DNA from: Guillardia theta CCMP2712
Lineage: Eukaryota; Protista; Cryptophyta
DNA length: 64,000 nt
Assembly: GCF_000315625.1 (NCBI RefSeq)
Contig: NW_005434661.1
Coordinates: 532,617-596,616 of the forward strand
Direction: 5' to 3'
Part shown: piece after piece, positions 23,768 through 37,047 of the stretch
Position numbering within the stretch: position 1 is the first letter of the stretch
Layout: each line of letters opens with the position of its first letter
Translations under genes and position numbers: made by a program
Notes under the pieces: generated by a model
What the model saw: only the letters and a program-made list of their open reading frames with translations
Database searches by the model: none
Told to the model about the DNA's origin: nothing

Positions 23768-24507
23768 TCACGACCCGTTCTCGACCTCCAAGTCGCTCGT
23801 GGGGACCTTGGCGTCGCTGGTCCAAGAGGGCTTGTCCGTGTGCAGCAAAGGATGCTCACTGCGGCGAGGGAAGACAACAATCAACAGACCTTGCGTGATG
23901 GCCATGACGATGCCGAAGATGTTAGGAAGAGCAATGAAGAGATCGTTGACCATCAGTCCATACACCAACCATGACAGGCAGTTCATCAACTGAGCGCACG
24001 CAAAGGGCCGGTTGATCGAGTCCGCGTTCTTCTTGTTGACAATCTCTACGACGGTAGAGAGAGGGCTGGAGAAGAGGAAGAAGACGGTTCCGAGGGAGAT
24101 GTACCCGATTAAGCTCTTAGCAGCCACCACATCCTGCACCATGGATGCTGCGAACCCCGTCAGCCCGACGACGGAGACGAGAACGATCAACGTCGTCTCC
24201 ACCCGCAGCCGCGTCGGGGCGTCGGCTAGCTGCAAAGCTGAGCTGTAGTACCACAAGCCTGATATGCAGCCCCCAAAGTTCCCGCAGAAGACGAGAGGAT
24301 CCCGAGAACAGACGCTGTAGAAGCACCAGGAAAGACTGTTGGCTACTATGAGCGGGAAAGGCATCGGGTTCACCTCGCCAAGCGTTCCCTTGCGGCGGCA
24401 TGCGAGGATGGTGGGAATGTGTGCAAGGAGAAGAATATTGTTGAAAATGATGCCGATGATAGGTGCGATGGAGATGATGAGAGCGTTGCTCGATTCCATG
24501 CTTTCCA
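23768..24507 (-). CDS. SWEET: SWEET (MtN3/saliva) sugar transporter, intronless
   Basis: Two MtN3 repeats: GEVNPMPFPLIVANSLSWCFY and FSSPLSTVVEIVNKKNADSINRPF...NCLSWLVYGL...IALPNIFG. Confidence 0.92.
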
Positions 24508-26522
24508 TCTTGTCGATACTCACAGATTACAGGCAGACAGCTGGCACAATGGCGCGACACCACTAGTTGAAAGGAAGGCCTGGGCTCTGCTATCGAAAGT
24601 GCGCTAAGGACGTCAAGGGAGCGGCAGGCCAGAGGGAGAAGGCAGAGGGTCGGGAGTAAGAAGGGAGAGAGGGAGAGAGGAGGGAGAAGCTCGCAATGGT
24701 GTCGATCCTTTGCCGGGCACGTACGGTGAGGGAAAACATGAGGAAGAGCTGGGGAAAGACTCTATCAGCAGGGTGGGGTGATATCATTTGTTGGTAGGGG
24801 TGTTACTTAACCCTCCTTGAGATACTGATAATATAGCGAAAAGTAGGGGTTATCATCACAAAACCCTTAAAGGTAGTCCAAGGGTTATCAAAAGATGAGG
24901 GTAGGGGTAGTACTGCTGTCGGAGAGTTTCGTTTGTCATCACCCCAGTATGAATACCCCTACCCCCCCTTTTCAATCCATTTGACCACCCTACCACGAAC
25001 TTATACCGTAAAATTACCCCAACTTCCAGGTACAAATGACCCCTACCCTGCTCTACTCCGATCCAAACAGCACCCTAACCCTCCCCTCTCCTCCTTTTAT
25101 TCCCCAATACTTCGGCGGGCCTGCCTGGGTGACGAAAAAAAGATCTTGTAAAACTGAAGACAAAAAAATGATAGCTCATAACCTTGTTGAATTTCAAACA
25201 CTTTTTGCCTTGTTGCCTACCCTACCCTACCCTATCTCAAACTTTCCACCCCCTACCCGTGTTTTCGAAGGCACTCTAAGCCCTACCCCCTACTCGAAGA
25301 ATTCCTTCTCCCCCAATTCTTCTCTACCCCTCTCCTTACAACCCCACCTAGTCTTTTCTGCTTTCAATTTAGGAGAATCGATGGGTCAGTAAAGTGTTGT
25401 ATGTACCCTACCCTACATATTCCATAACCCCACCCTTTGAACCATCTTCAAAAGTATCCCCACCCTGCGCAACAATGTCGTAAGACACCCACCCCTCATT
25501 TCGAAGTCAAAACAGGGGTGCTCGTAATAGCTACATCCATTCTTGCCTACCCCCATTCCGGGGGGAATGAAGTACCCTACCCCATGTTTGATCCTCAATC
25601 TTACCATCCCCCTCCTCGACTTTACCTACCCCACAGACAGAATATGATCCTAACCCCCACCCATGATTGATCAACACCACCCACCCATAAATTGAGATTT
25701 TTGGTGCGATTGTGTACCCCTACCACCTTTTACCCATGTAAATACCCCTACAATTTCCCTTGGTCAAAGTGTTTACATGACCCCATGAACAACAATAGTA
25801 CCCTACCCTCCGATTTGTGAATTACACCCCGTGGCACCCTCAAAAATTGACCACCGACTGAAACCCCCTACCCCATTCTTCAGGCATTTCCGACAACCAC
25901 ACCCTACACTCTACCCCACCCCTCGTCGCACCCACTTCCCGCCTTGTTTGTACTTGAGGCGCGGCCATGCCAGGGAGGGAGGAGGGAAAGAAACGGCGAA
26001 GAAAACGAGGAAGAGAATGAGAAAGAGGAGACAGAGTGGAGCAAAGGAGAAGCAGGAAGTTAGCAATGAACTGATGCGTTTCAATGACGTGAGATCCCAC
26101 GCGGCATGTTTACGGGAACAGGGAAGCAGGAATAGTTTATGGAGACACTTTTCAGGGGCAGGAGCAGCAAGGAGGCTCAAGTGCTATGTATGACAGAAGA
26201 TTAGTTTGAAGGTTCGGTGGAGAAGTGGCGTAGGCTAGCGAGCACTGTTTCACGTTCAAGGGAGGAGTGCAAAACGACATTGCAACAGCAGTGAGAAAAA
26301 CAAGATTCATTGAGTTAGAGGCATCTTTCAAGCAAAGAGGAATGTCTCGATGGCCTGTTCTGATGTATTTGTTGCAAATTATGCAGATCCACCAATGGTT
26401 CCGTTCATCCAATCAAGTGTCTTCTTGTGCATGAGGCTCACAGGGCTCATGAGGCATTGCACTAAGGAAGAAGTTTGAGGCTCACATTCATTTGTGTGTT
26501 CTTCTATCAAGTACTTGTCAAC

Positions 26523-28142
26523 ATGATCTCTTGCTTATTCCCGCGGAAAAAGCCATCTTCAAAGCAGGACGGATGCAAGCTGTGGTCATGTGAGAATCCC
26601 AACGAGGCAGCAACTCTCCTGAGGTCGATTGGTTTGAACAAACTGGCGTCTATCGCACTTTCCTGCCAACTTGACGGTCCAGCATTGGCGAGCGTACTCG
26701 ACAATTTGCAACCGAGACTTTTCTCCGGAGACGATCAGGGTTTGAGTGCTCCTAGCTCTGTGAACAGCACAGACAATGAGGAGAGGACGAAGAATCCTCC
26801 TTCCATGCGTGAGTCCTCTAGTTGGCTCAGCCAGACCTTGAAGCAGAATGGTGAATCAGCGGAAGACAAAGCGAATTCAAAAAGCAATCTCCGTAACGAG
26901 ATGACCTCTGCAGATGAGACGTCGACGCTTGCATCACAAGTGGCTGAAGATGGTTCTAGTCCGCATGAGGAGAAGAAGTCGAGTGAAAGATCGACTCATT
27001 CGCTCAACCCCAACGATCCTAGCAGTCCGCCAGAGAGCAGCAAACAGGCCCTTCTGCCGACTTCTCCATCTCGTTCCAAGTCAAAGAGCATGAAGACGAT
27101 AAAATCAGACATCCAAAATTGCTTGCCCTGTCAGAGAGATGCTACAGGAACTGGATCAGGTGTTGCTGAGGTTCATTTTTTTTGACTGTTTGGTTGAAAC
27201 TAAGCCTGTTGGCAGGTGAAACAAGATTACAAAGAGAGCTTGCAGACAGCGGGGGCTATGAGAGTGAAGTCGCGGAGATCAACTCTTCCAATGGCGAAGC
27301 CTCATGCCCCTCGATCAGATTTTGATTGTTTGAAGGAACCGTTCTACTCTTCTCACAGGCGATTCCAGGAAAACGAGAAATTTTTGCCAATCGAAGAAGA
27401 TGATGTGGATGGATCTCAACCTCTGCCGTCGAAGCATGATTCGCTGCTGAAGCTTCTGTCTGAGAATGGTGCGGAACAAACGCAGGCGCCATCCAAGTGC
27501 ATCAACGGAATGAAGGGGAACGAGCGACCAAACAATCGTTCCAGAAAATCGTCGGGCAAGAAACATGCTCCTATTTCTGAGAAGGCTTTAAACGGAGGCA
27601 TCCGGCAGATAAGTTCAGAAGTTCATAAACCCCTCCGCTCAGAAGTCGACTCGGCATCGAAGCAGCAGATGAATCAGAAAGATCCCAAACCTTCGACGAG
27701 CGACAAGAAGCAGCCTATGTTGAATGGCCAGAGTCAATTGGATCCAAACGGAGCTGACAGGGCCCATGTCAAGACATCAAGTCCAATCAAGGGAGGAAAC
27801 GGGTTGACTAAGCTCCTGACGATGGCACGACTATCAGAATCATCCTCGTTCCATGAGTCAAGTCAGAACTCGCCTGCACAGGGTGATGAGCACCCAACAT
27901 CTCCCCAAGCAGTGAACCTCTCAGACCTCCATCCTTTCTTTGCCGAGATGGATTTGATCAGGAAGACGGAGATCGCCTCCAAGGTCCAAGTCCCCAAGTT
28001 GTGGGCGGAAGGCTCGACGCCGCGGTCTCACATGGACTGCTCTATCAAGATCAACTACAGTCAGCTTGACGGGGAGCAGAGCGATCGGAGCCTGACCTCG
28101 CAGGGATACACTTCGAGCGAAGTATGCTCGGTAACCTCATAA
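26523..28142 (+). CDS. Hypothetical Ser-rich disordered protein with N-terminal SAM-like domain; intron ~27171-27215
   Basis: Two long ORFs are joined by a gt...cag intron. LWS...AATLLRSIGLNKLA...QLDGPAL resembles a SAM domain. Confidence 0.65.
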
Positions 28143-28305
28143 AAGCTGCATCTTCTGTGCAAAGCTCTGGAATATGGTGTACATTGTACTTTAAGTGGAC
28201 ATGTCGGAATTAAGCAAGTAATGAAAGGAATGTCTATTTGTCAGATATCAGAGATGATTCAAGAATAATTGAGCATTCTCTGCAGGAGATCCAATCTCAT
28301 GAAAC

Positions 28306-29289
28306 TCAATCTCCCTTCTTTTCCATGGTCTTGTCTTGAGCATCTCCTGACTTCTCGCTCTCTTGGTCCAGCGAATCCCACCTCTTAGACGTGAGGTCTC
28401 CGAACTGTATGTAGGATGCATCACGTATCGCTAGATCTTCGGACTTGCCCATGAGCTGCCAACATCCCTTGTCGCTGACTAGAGCGACCGAGAGAGGATT
28501 GGGCAGACGAGAGTTGCCATCTGCGATCACATACAGTTTCACGTCGCCTTCCTCTCTCCGCGTCTCCTCAGCATCCCCCGGTGCGTCTTCCCCCTCGGCC
28601 TTCTCTCCTTCCGTCGGAGGGAGCAGCACAGCGTAGATGAGTCTGAGCCTCCTGTCGCCGAGCTCCGTCACTTCCTCTGCCGAGATCGCATGCCCAAGTG
28701 TGAACTGAGCAGTAGGGGAGAAGACATGCTGCCGCCTCTGTAGGATGGAGGAGACCAGAGGGCGGAGGTAGTCGGAGTCATCTCGTAGCCAGTGATTAGC
28801 ATGGAAGCCATTGCGCAGGTACCAGATGCACGTGGCGATCAGGGGGCTGCTCGAGCAGACGCTGCTGTAGGACAGGCGGTGTAACAGGCGGACTGCAGCT
28901 CTCACAAACAGCGATCGCCTCATTCGAGAGGACAGGCGTCGATCCTGCATGGCGACAACACCTAGCCCAACAGTTGCCAAGGATACGCAAGAGCTCGGGG
29001 AGGACAAGAGGGCAGGAAGAGAATAGCCGATGCCGATGCCCAGGGCTACCCCAGCAGGCAGCTGAACCCACGAGCTCGAGAGCAACCTGAGCAGAGAGAA
29101 GGAGCGACGAGGAATCGCCTTTGAGGGCTCGTCTTGGGGCTTCAGTTGGCTTCCTGACACGTGGAGAGCTCTACACGCCTTCCAGGGGCTACACGCCTTC
29201 TGCAGGAATCTCACCGCACTTCCGCCACGATGAGTAGGCTGAGAAAGTAAGGCGCCAAAATTACATGCTCGGGGGAGCGGACTTGACAT
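28306..29289 (-). CDS. Hypothetical membrane protein, possibly mitochondrion-targeted, intronless
   Basis: Long ORF from MSSPLPRAC with an Arg/Ser-rich N-terminus and a hydrophobic segment VALGIGIGYSL...LGVVAM. Confidence 0.55.
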   Translation of the reverse strand: MSSPLPRACNFGALLSQPTHRGGSAVRFLQKACSPWKACRALHVSGSQLKPQDEPSKAIPRRSFSLLRLLSSSWVQLPAGVALGIGIGYSLPALLSSPSSCVSLATVGLGVVAMQDRRLSSRMRRSLFVRAAVRLLHRLSYSSVCSSSPLIATCIWYLRNGFHANHWLRDDSDYLRPLVSSILQRRQHVFSPTAQFTLGHAISAEEVTELGDRRLRLIYAVLLPPTEGEKAEGEDAPGDAEETRREEGDVKLYVIADGNSRLPNPLSVALVSDKGCWQLMGKSEDLAIRDASYIQFGDLTSKRWDSLDQESEKSGDAQDKTMEKKGD

Positions 29290-29447
29290 AGAAGACAGGG
29301 AGTTGTTTGTTTCACATGAGTTCACAGATATGAAGGAGAATCGAGGGAGATAACAAACGGGATCAGCAGGAAACGAAACGAGACAAGAATATGCACAAGG
29401 GAAAGGATGGGTAGATCTTGATGATGCAGGTGAAGCAGATAATGACC

Positions 29448-29487
<40 letters not shown>

Positions 29488-29541
29488 GGAGGAGGAGGAG
29501 GAGGAGGAGGAGGAGGAGGAGGAGAAGGAGGAGGAGGAGGA
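29448..29541. repeat. Compound (GAT)n(GAG)n microsatellite
   Basis: Direct reading of the sequence. Confidence 0.95.
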
Positions 29542-30351
29542 GTATAACCAGCCACAGCATGAGGAGGAGGAGAAGGAGGAGGAGCAAGAGAAGCTCAATG
29601 TGAGCTTCAGCTGTCGAGCCTGCGCTCGCATCGTCTCTAGAATTTATTGCCCTCCTCCCCGCTCTGGTCCTTCTCAGGACCCCCAGCCTCGCAGGCCGCA
29701 ACACCCCCCTGAGGAAGGCCTAGGACCCCGTACAGGAAAAGATGCCGCGGCCGGACTCCGGGACCTCAGACTCCGGACTCAGTAGTTCGGAGAGAGAAGG
29801 CCCGGACGGACTCCGAGCGAGGCCCGGCCCGGGAGTATGGACAAGGAATTGAGACAACTTGAGTGACTGAGCAGAGTGACTGCCAAAGCCTGTGGCCCGG
29901 TTCAAGGGAACGCTCGTGTCAATGTCAGTCTTGCGGGAGTGAACCCCGTTGAAGTTGAGTTTTGATTACAAAGACACGGAGTGAGGGGCGCGGGTTAGTA
30001 CTGTACGGTACCGTAGTACTGTCCGACCACGCGGCCCGCCGGGCCGCCCCGCGCGGCTCAGCTCAGTCAGCTCGCTCCGACCGTCACCCGGTCACCCTCC
30101 GGCGGAGCCAGTCACGCCGGTGCTACTCAGTGACCGGGGGGCCACCCGTGGGCCGGACACCGCGGCGGGCAGCTCGAAACGTGCACTACAAGTGTACGGT
30201 CCGATCGTGGGAAAGTGAAGTGAGCAGAACTGATGAGATCAAACTTGTGTGTTTGGTCGATGAAAGTTCATCTTCCTCTCTCTACGTTACAACATCCTCC
30301 TCCTCCTCCTCCTCCTCCTCCTCCTCCTCCTCCTCCTCCTCCTCCTCCCCT

Positions 30352-33300
30352 TCACCACTCCAAGAAGTTCACGCCCCAGTCTATGCGACTCGATGCTTCC
30401 CACAGCTGCTGCGCCTTCACGCGGTCGTAGAGCACCGGGCAGTCCACCGCGTCGCACCCTGTCACGAGCCGCATGCTCCCTACACAACTCACGCAGATCC
30501 TGCAGAGCCGGGCAAGATCTCGCTCCACCCTCCCCCGACGATTCTGCATCGTACACAGAGCCACTTGAGGAAGGGAAGTGCACTCCGCACAGACGGCCGT
30601 CCTGCCGCAGGTGAGATGAGCGCGGGGAGCAAGAGAGGAGGAGGAGCTCGGTCATGGGAGGAGGAGCGTCACCTGGAGAGCTGGTCGCAGAGGATACAGT
30701 GCATGCTCTGGAAGTGACTCCGGATGCTGCCTTCATGAGAAGCGTGGTCCCTCGAGCTCCGCGCGTTCAACCCTGTCATAGTCTCTGCCATGGCACGTAT
30801 ACAGTGTCTGCCATGCAGGAGTCACGAAGGGAGAGAGGGAGAGGCAGGAAGGGGAGGGAGAGGAGGGAGAGGAGGGAGAGGTGGGAGAGGAGGAGGAAAG
30901 GGTCAGGGAGGGCAAGAAAGGGATTGACGAGGAGGAGGGGGGGGGATGGGAGAGGAGAGGAGGATGGGAGAGGAGTTGAAGGAGGACCTTGCGCGGCTGT
31001 AGCGTGGGAGCTCGAGGTACCATCGCCGTATGTCGACACCAAAGAGGGAGAGGAGGCGCTCGAGGCAGGGGATCAGAGCCTTGGTGATGTAGTACTGCGC
31101 GTTGATCCGAAGCATCCCAGAGGAGGCGAGGAGCTCGCGCGGGTCAAGGACGAGGTCCACCAGACGCGCTCCTGGCTGGCCGCACACGACGACGTAGGGG
31201 ATCCTCTCGGCATGCAGAGCTCCCGCTCGGGGGTCTCGGAGAACCTTGGTTGCGTTGACAGTGGCGGCAGGGGGGAGGGTGGAAGAGGCGTAGGTCCCCT
31301 GCCTGACCTCCTTCGCAAAGACGTACTCGTTGATGTTCAAGTTGGAGGCGATGATGTCCATGAAGACGCCCTCCATGTAGCTCTTGAGCTTGGAGATGTT
31401 CTTCGTCTCGAACAGCACCTTCAGCGCCTTCTCCTGCACCCTCATGACCAGCGGACACGAGTCTCTCCTCACCATCTCGATGCCCTTGGCGTCGAGGACA
31501 GGCTTGGAGGAAGGAGAGTCGTAGCTGTACCCCACGTAGCGCTTCTTGGCCACCATCATGCTCGGCTGATAGACTTTCTCCAGCTCCAGCTCCATCGGAG
31601 CAGGGTTCTCAGCTGTGACCGCAGCAGCGATCTCCCTGCCGATGCGAAACGCTTCCTCTCGCGACCTCCCAGGGATCTCGACGAAGAGACTGTCTGTGTC
31701 CCCGTAGATCACTCGCGCCCCCCATTGCCTCCCCTCTTCTACCGTCCGGATCGCTCGCTCCAGCGTCTCTCGCCCCGTCTGCACGATGGCGTCGGCCAAG
31801 TCGGCGCATGGCATGCGGCCGGAGAAGCCGGCGGAGGTGTAGCCGTAGGTGACGTTGGCGATGAGCTTGAGGCCGAACTGCCTGGAGTTGAGGGTCCTGT
31901 AGAGCTTCACGTCTCCCCCGACCTGTTTCATCAACTTCTTCACCGCCACTCTCGCCTGCAGGATCTCTCGCAGCAGACGAGGCAGCACCCCCTCGCGCTT
32001 GTCGGGCGGCAGGAACGCCATGCCATTGGGAGTGATGATCGCCTCCTCTCGCACGCTCGCCAGCAGGCCGGGGGCGCGGCGGAGGCTGGAGACGCCGAGC
32101 TTGACGTTGCCGTCGCTGTCGGGCTCGACGAGCTTGCCGAGGCAGGTGGAGTAACACATGTTGTAGGCGATCACGACAGAGGGGTAGAGGGACCGGAAGT
32201 CGAGGACGCAGACGGGGCTGCTGTAGAAGGCGCTCTGCGGCTCCATCACCAGCGGGATGCACTCCGTGGCTGGCTGGCTCTGCCGCTGCTGCACGGAGGG
32301 AGAGAGGAGGAGGAAGTTCTGCGTGCGAGCGAGGCGGTAGAGCATGCTCTCTACCCGATACTGGGACCCGCGGCTGAGGACCGAGAAGAAGTCGATGCCG
32401 AAGACGCGCGCAAGTTCGCAGGTCCTGCCGACGAGCTCCATGGCTTCGAGGATGAGGAGCGTGTTGCTGGCCTTCTCAAGGAGGTAGAGCAGGACCTGCC
32501 GCTTCAGACTGTGCGGGGAGGCAAGGTGCCTCCTGCTCTCGCCTCCCACTGAGCTCCCGTCGGGGTCAGCCTTGCTCGTGGCTGCCACATGCTCCTCTTG
32601 GGACTGGAACCATGAATGGAGCAGCTGAGGAGGAAAGGATGGCACCCTCTTGTTCAGCACCTTAGCGCAGACGTTGGTGTAGTTGTACAGACCAAGTTTG
32701 ATCTCCTGGATGATACGTTCAGATCCCCTCCTCCCTCCTCTACATTCACCCTTCTTCTCTTCCTTCCTTCCTCCTCCTCCTCTCCTCCCCTTCCTCGTTC
32801 TCCCGTCCTTCCCCTCCTTCCCTCCTCCGCCTCCTCTCCCCACCTGCCGGCATAATCGCCACACGTTGAGAATCTCCCTCCCGCAGACGTGGATGCCTGA
32901 CTGCTGCTGCTGGCCGTAGGTGTCGGGTCGAGACTCTAGAGTGCTGCGGTGGAAGGGACAGCGGGAGAGGCAGCGGTCAAGGGGGAACCCGATAGCGGCT
33001 GATCGCTCGAGGAGGTAACCGCAGGACGCGTGCTGAACTTCGAAGCCGACGAGGATGTCGGGGTCAGTATCCCGCAGCTGGACGACGAGGTGAGAGAGAG
33101 CGAGGCTGGAGTAGAGGAGGAAGATTGATGAAGGGAAGGTGAGAGGAGGGAGAGGGGGAGGAAGGGGAGGTGCGAGGGCGATAGAAAGTTGGAGGAGACG
33201 AGAGTTGAGAACGGGAAAGAAAAGCAGCTGAAGTAAGAAGGAAGGAGATGAGCGAATGGTGATGGGTGTGTGCAAGCTGAAGATGCGATGGAGGAGGGAG

Positions 33301-34729
33301 GGAGGGAGGGAGGGAGGGAGGGAGGGAGGGAGGGAGGGGGAGGGCGAAGCACCAGCAGCTCGAAGGCCTCGAACATTTCCTTCTCCGAGGAGAGAACGGT
33401 ACACTTGACGTGTATGGGCAGCGCGACCTCGGAGCTGCTCAGCGGCTCCGCGAGCCACAGCAGCACGCCGCTGTGATACTTGCTCTCTTGCGGACGATCC
33501 TCGTATGCAATGACGTAGCAGATGGCTCGAGCAGCATCATGCTTCGGGTCGGGGAGAAGGCTTCCTCTCACCTGATCCCCTCACAGTCAGATTGCTGCGC
33601 TCTTCCCCTCCTCCTCCTCCTCCTCTTCCTCTTCCTCCTCCTTTGATCTTATCTCTTCTCCCTAGAAATTCTCTTCCCCCTGCGCTACCCTGCCCTCTCC
33701 TTTCCTCTCCTCTCTTCCTCTCTCCTTCCTCTCCCTTCTCAACTTCTCACCTCACAGTGAACTTCCAAGCTCAGCAGCGTCAGCTTGTAAACTCCATCCA
33801 GGTCTTTGTTCCGTGTGCTCGTTTCTCCCTCGTCATCGCTACCGGACCATCGAACTTTCTTGTCTGAACGGCTCCTGCTTGCATCGACACCTCCTCCTAT
33901 CGCCTCTGACGATCGTCCTCCACTCTCAGCTGACAGTTTCCTCCTCTCCTCCTCCTCCTCCTCCTCCTCCTCCTCTCCCTCAGTCATATGATCGGGGTCG
34001 TCTGCTCCGAGCACCCAGCCTGTGGGGCAGGCATAGGAGGCGTTGAGAAGAAAGCTCTCGTCGTAACGGGGGGACGGCGGACGTCCACCCTCCACAAGAT
34101 CCCGGATGGACGGGGCCGTTCGTCTCTGGGAGCCGATCCCTTCCTCCTGCTCACCCGCTCTCCTCTGCAAGCTCCCCTGCTCCACCACCACCTCCTCCTG
34201 CTCCCTCCTTCCCGCGTCCTTGGGCTTCTCGTCCTCCGGGCAGGAGGGAGGTTTGGAGGTCTTGTCCAGGAGGGAGGAGGAGGACTTGTCCAGGAGGGAG
34301 GAGGAGGACTTGTCAAGGGAGGAGGAGGAGCGAACGCAGAGTCTCCCGTAGCTGTCGATGTGCGATTGAGCGCTCTCAAACATCTTCTTCCCTTCCTCCA
34401 CCTGCCTCCTCCTCCTCTTCAGCTGCCTCTCGATCGCCTTCTTGGCGGGCGGAGGTTTCGTGGGCCTGTAGATGTAAAGCTTCTTCTCTGCTGCGTCGGA
34501 GAAAAGATCCACTCCTTCTGCTGCTGCTGCTGCTGCTGCTTCTGGAAGTCAAAAGGTCAACAGGAGGTTGGAAGAGGCAGCACAAGAGCAGAGAAACGTT
34601 TGAGACGCGTGCGATGTGAGGAGAAACAATCCACAGGAAGAGAAAGGAGAGAAGAGAAGGCGAGGTGAGGCAACGGGAAAGAAAGGAGAAAAATCAAACG
34701 CTCACAGGACAGAGACATCAGCATTTCTA

Positions 34730-34767
<38 letters not shown>

Positions 34768-35989
34768 CAACACCGCCTCCTCCTCCTCCTCCTCCTCCTC
34801 CTCCTCCTCCTCCTCCTCCTCCCTACCTTCAGGGGGTTTGAGCGATCCGCGCACAAGGGAGTGAAATTCTTCGAGGTGCCTTGTTGTCTTCGCTTTCAGC
34901 CTGAAAGTTTTGCCGGCGAATCTCACAGCCTCGCTGGGAACATCCTCCTCTCGACCATAGAAAGGCTCCTCGTGCACCACCTGCCCCTCGTCAGCATTCC
35001 CTCCCTCCCTCCCTCCCTCCCTCCCTCCCTCCCTCCCTCCCTTCCTCCCGCACACCGTCTCCTCTCTCCCGTTATCACCTCAGGTATGCCAAGGTCGCTC
35101 ATTCTCTGGAGCAGCTCGTACTTGGAGGGAGGAGGAATCGCGAATTTTCTGACGAAGCAGGAAGAAGACAACTGGGCAGAAGCCATGCTGCTTGCTCCCT
35201 CCTCCTCCTCCTCCTTCATGTGCTCATCACCAACTCCTCGTCCTCTTACAGCTCTCATCACTTCATCGTCGTCAACAGACTTGCTCTCCCCTCTCTCATG
35301 CTCTTCCTCATCGTCCATCACCCTCATCGTTACTTCATCGTGTCGACATGCTGCGGTCTCATTCATAGCCACATCATCCTGGTTTCCATCGTCGTCCCCA
35401 ACAATCACCTCCTCCTCTATTCCAACATTCTCGATCCATTCTCCCTCCCCTTGCCCCACCTTCGTCCCCTCCTCCTCCTCCTCCTCCTCCTCCTCCTCCC
35501 CTTGCCCCACTTGCTCCTCCCTCCTCGTCCTGCAACTCCTTTGCGTCAGATCAGGGGAGGAAGAAAACCGCTCGCTCTCGTCCTCCTTGGCATCTCCTGA
35601 CATCTTCCAACTCCCTTCCTCCGCTCTCCTTCCTTGGCCATCCACTTCCATCGCTTCCCCGCGCGGGGCAGACGATTGTGAGCTCCTCCCCGTCGAAGAC
35701 GCGCTCTCTTGCGCAAAGACAATGTCGGGACCCTCCTGTACCGTGAGCGTCTTGCCATGTGGGCCGACAACATGGTTCTCCACCTCCTCCACCTTCTCCT
35801 CCTCCTCAGAAGCTTCGAACTCGCTGACGTCTCCCTCTCTTCTCGCTCGAGCTGCAAGTGGAGCGGAGGGAGCAGCTGCTGTCTGCTCAGGGAGAGTCAA
35901 ACAGAGGAAGTTATATCATACTGTTTATCGACACCTGGACTCTCCTTGACGTAGCGAAGGCGAAATCCTTGGAGCTCCCTGGCCAAGAC

Positions 35990-36048
<59 letters not shown>

Positions 36049-36480
36049 TCTCGCTGTCTTGCCTTGGCCATGTTGGCGTTGCAAGCTCGACGGCTCTTCT
36101 TTCTGCTGCGAGCGCCTCGCGTCGAACACGATCGACTTCTGACGCATCCAACACAAGAGTTAACATCCCTCATGGCGACCCTCCTCTCCTCACCGACAGC
36201 TCGAGCTGCAGGCCCTTTCTCGCCTCCTTGGCCCTCTCCCTCAGCTTCATCGCCTTCTGCAGAAGCCTCTTCGAGCGGTCCGACTGCTTCGAGATCGCCT
36301 GCTTCCTCTCCTTGTGCGCATGCCTTCTCTCGCTGCTGCCCCCTGCTGGCAACTCAGCCCGCACCTTCGCTCTCCACCTCCACCTCCTCCGCTTACCTCG
36401 CGAGCTTTCACTGCTCTCACCATCAGCCCCGTCCACCTGCGGGAAGAGAGCAAAGTCGAGCTGATCTAGACCGCTCCTCC

Positions 36481-36527
<47 letters not shown>

Positions 36528-36963
36528 CCTCTCCCTTCCTCCCCAGTCGATCGTCCTCCCCTCCCATTTCCCTCCATCAGCCCGACATGCTCCTCCCCCT
36601 GGGTGCATGCGATGATCTCCTCGACCTCGTTCAAGGCACTCAGGATGTCCTCTTCCTCCTCTTCCTCCTCCTCCTCCTTCTCATCCCTATCAGCTGCTTG
36701 CATCCACTCCAGCACCCCAAGAACCTCCAGGTCCCCCGACGAGAACGTCTGCGAGCTTGTATCCTTTGCGGAGGACATTTGAGACATTTGAGAGAAGATC
36801 TTCACCCTCTCCGTGTCGATGTAGGGGTCTTCCTTCCCCTCCCCCTTCTTCGTCGCGTCCTCCTCCTCGTTGTTTCCTGCTCATTGCGAGACGTCAAGCT
36901 CCAATCTGATCCCTTCCGCTGTCGTCCCCACAGCGTCATCCCCCCCGACTCGTCACTCTACTC

Positions 36964-37047
<84 letters not shown>

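Noticed and set aside
23480-23974. Coding overlap between the TPR gene and SWEET
   Set aside because: The TPR-like frame stops at 23591, so the overlapping ORF is likely spurious.
30654-32552. 632-aa plus-strand ORF
   Set aside because: It is an antisense shadow of GC3-rich REV3 exons. The same applies to 21735-22730, 34861-35949 and many other listed ORFs.
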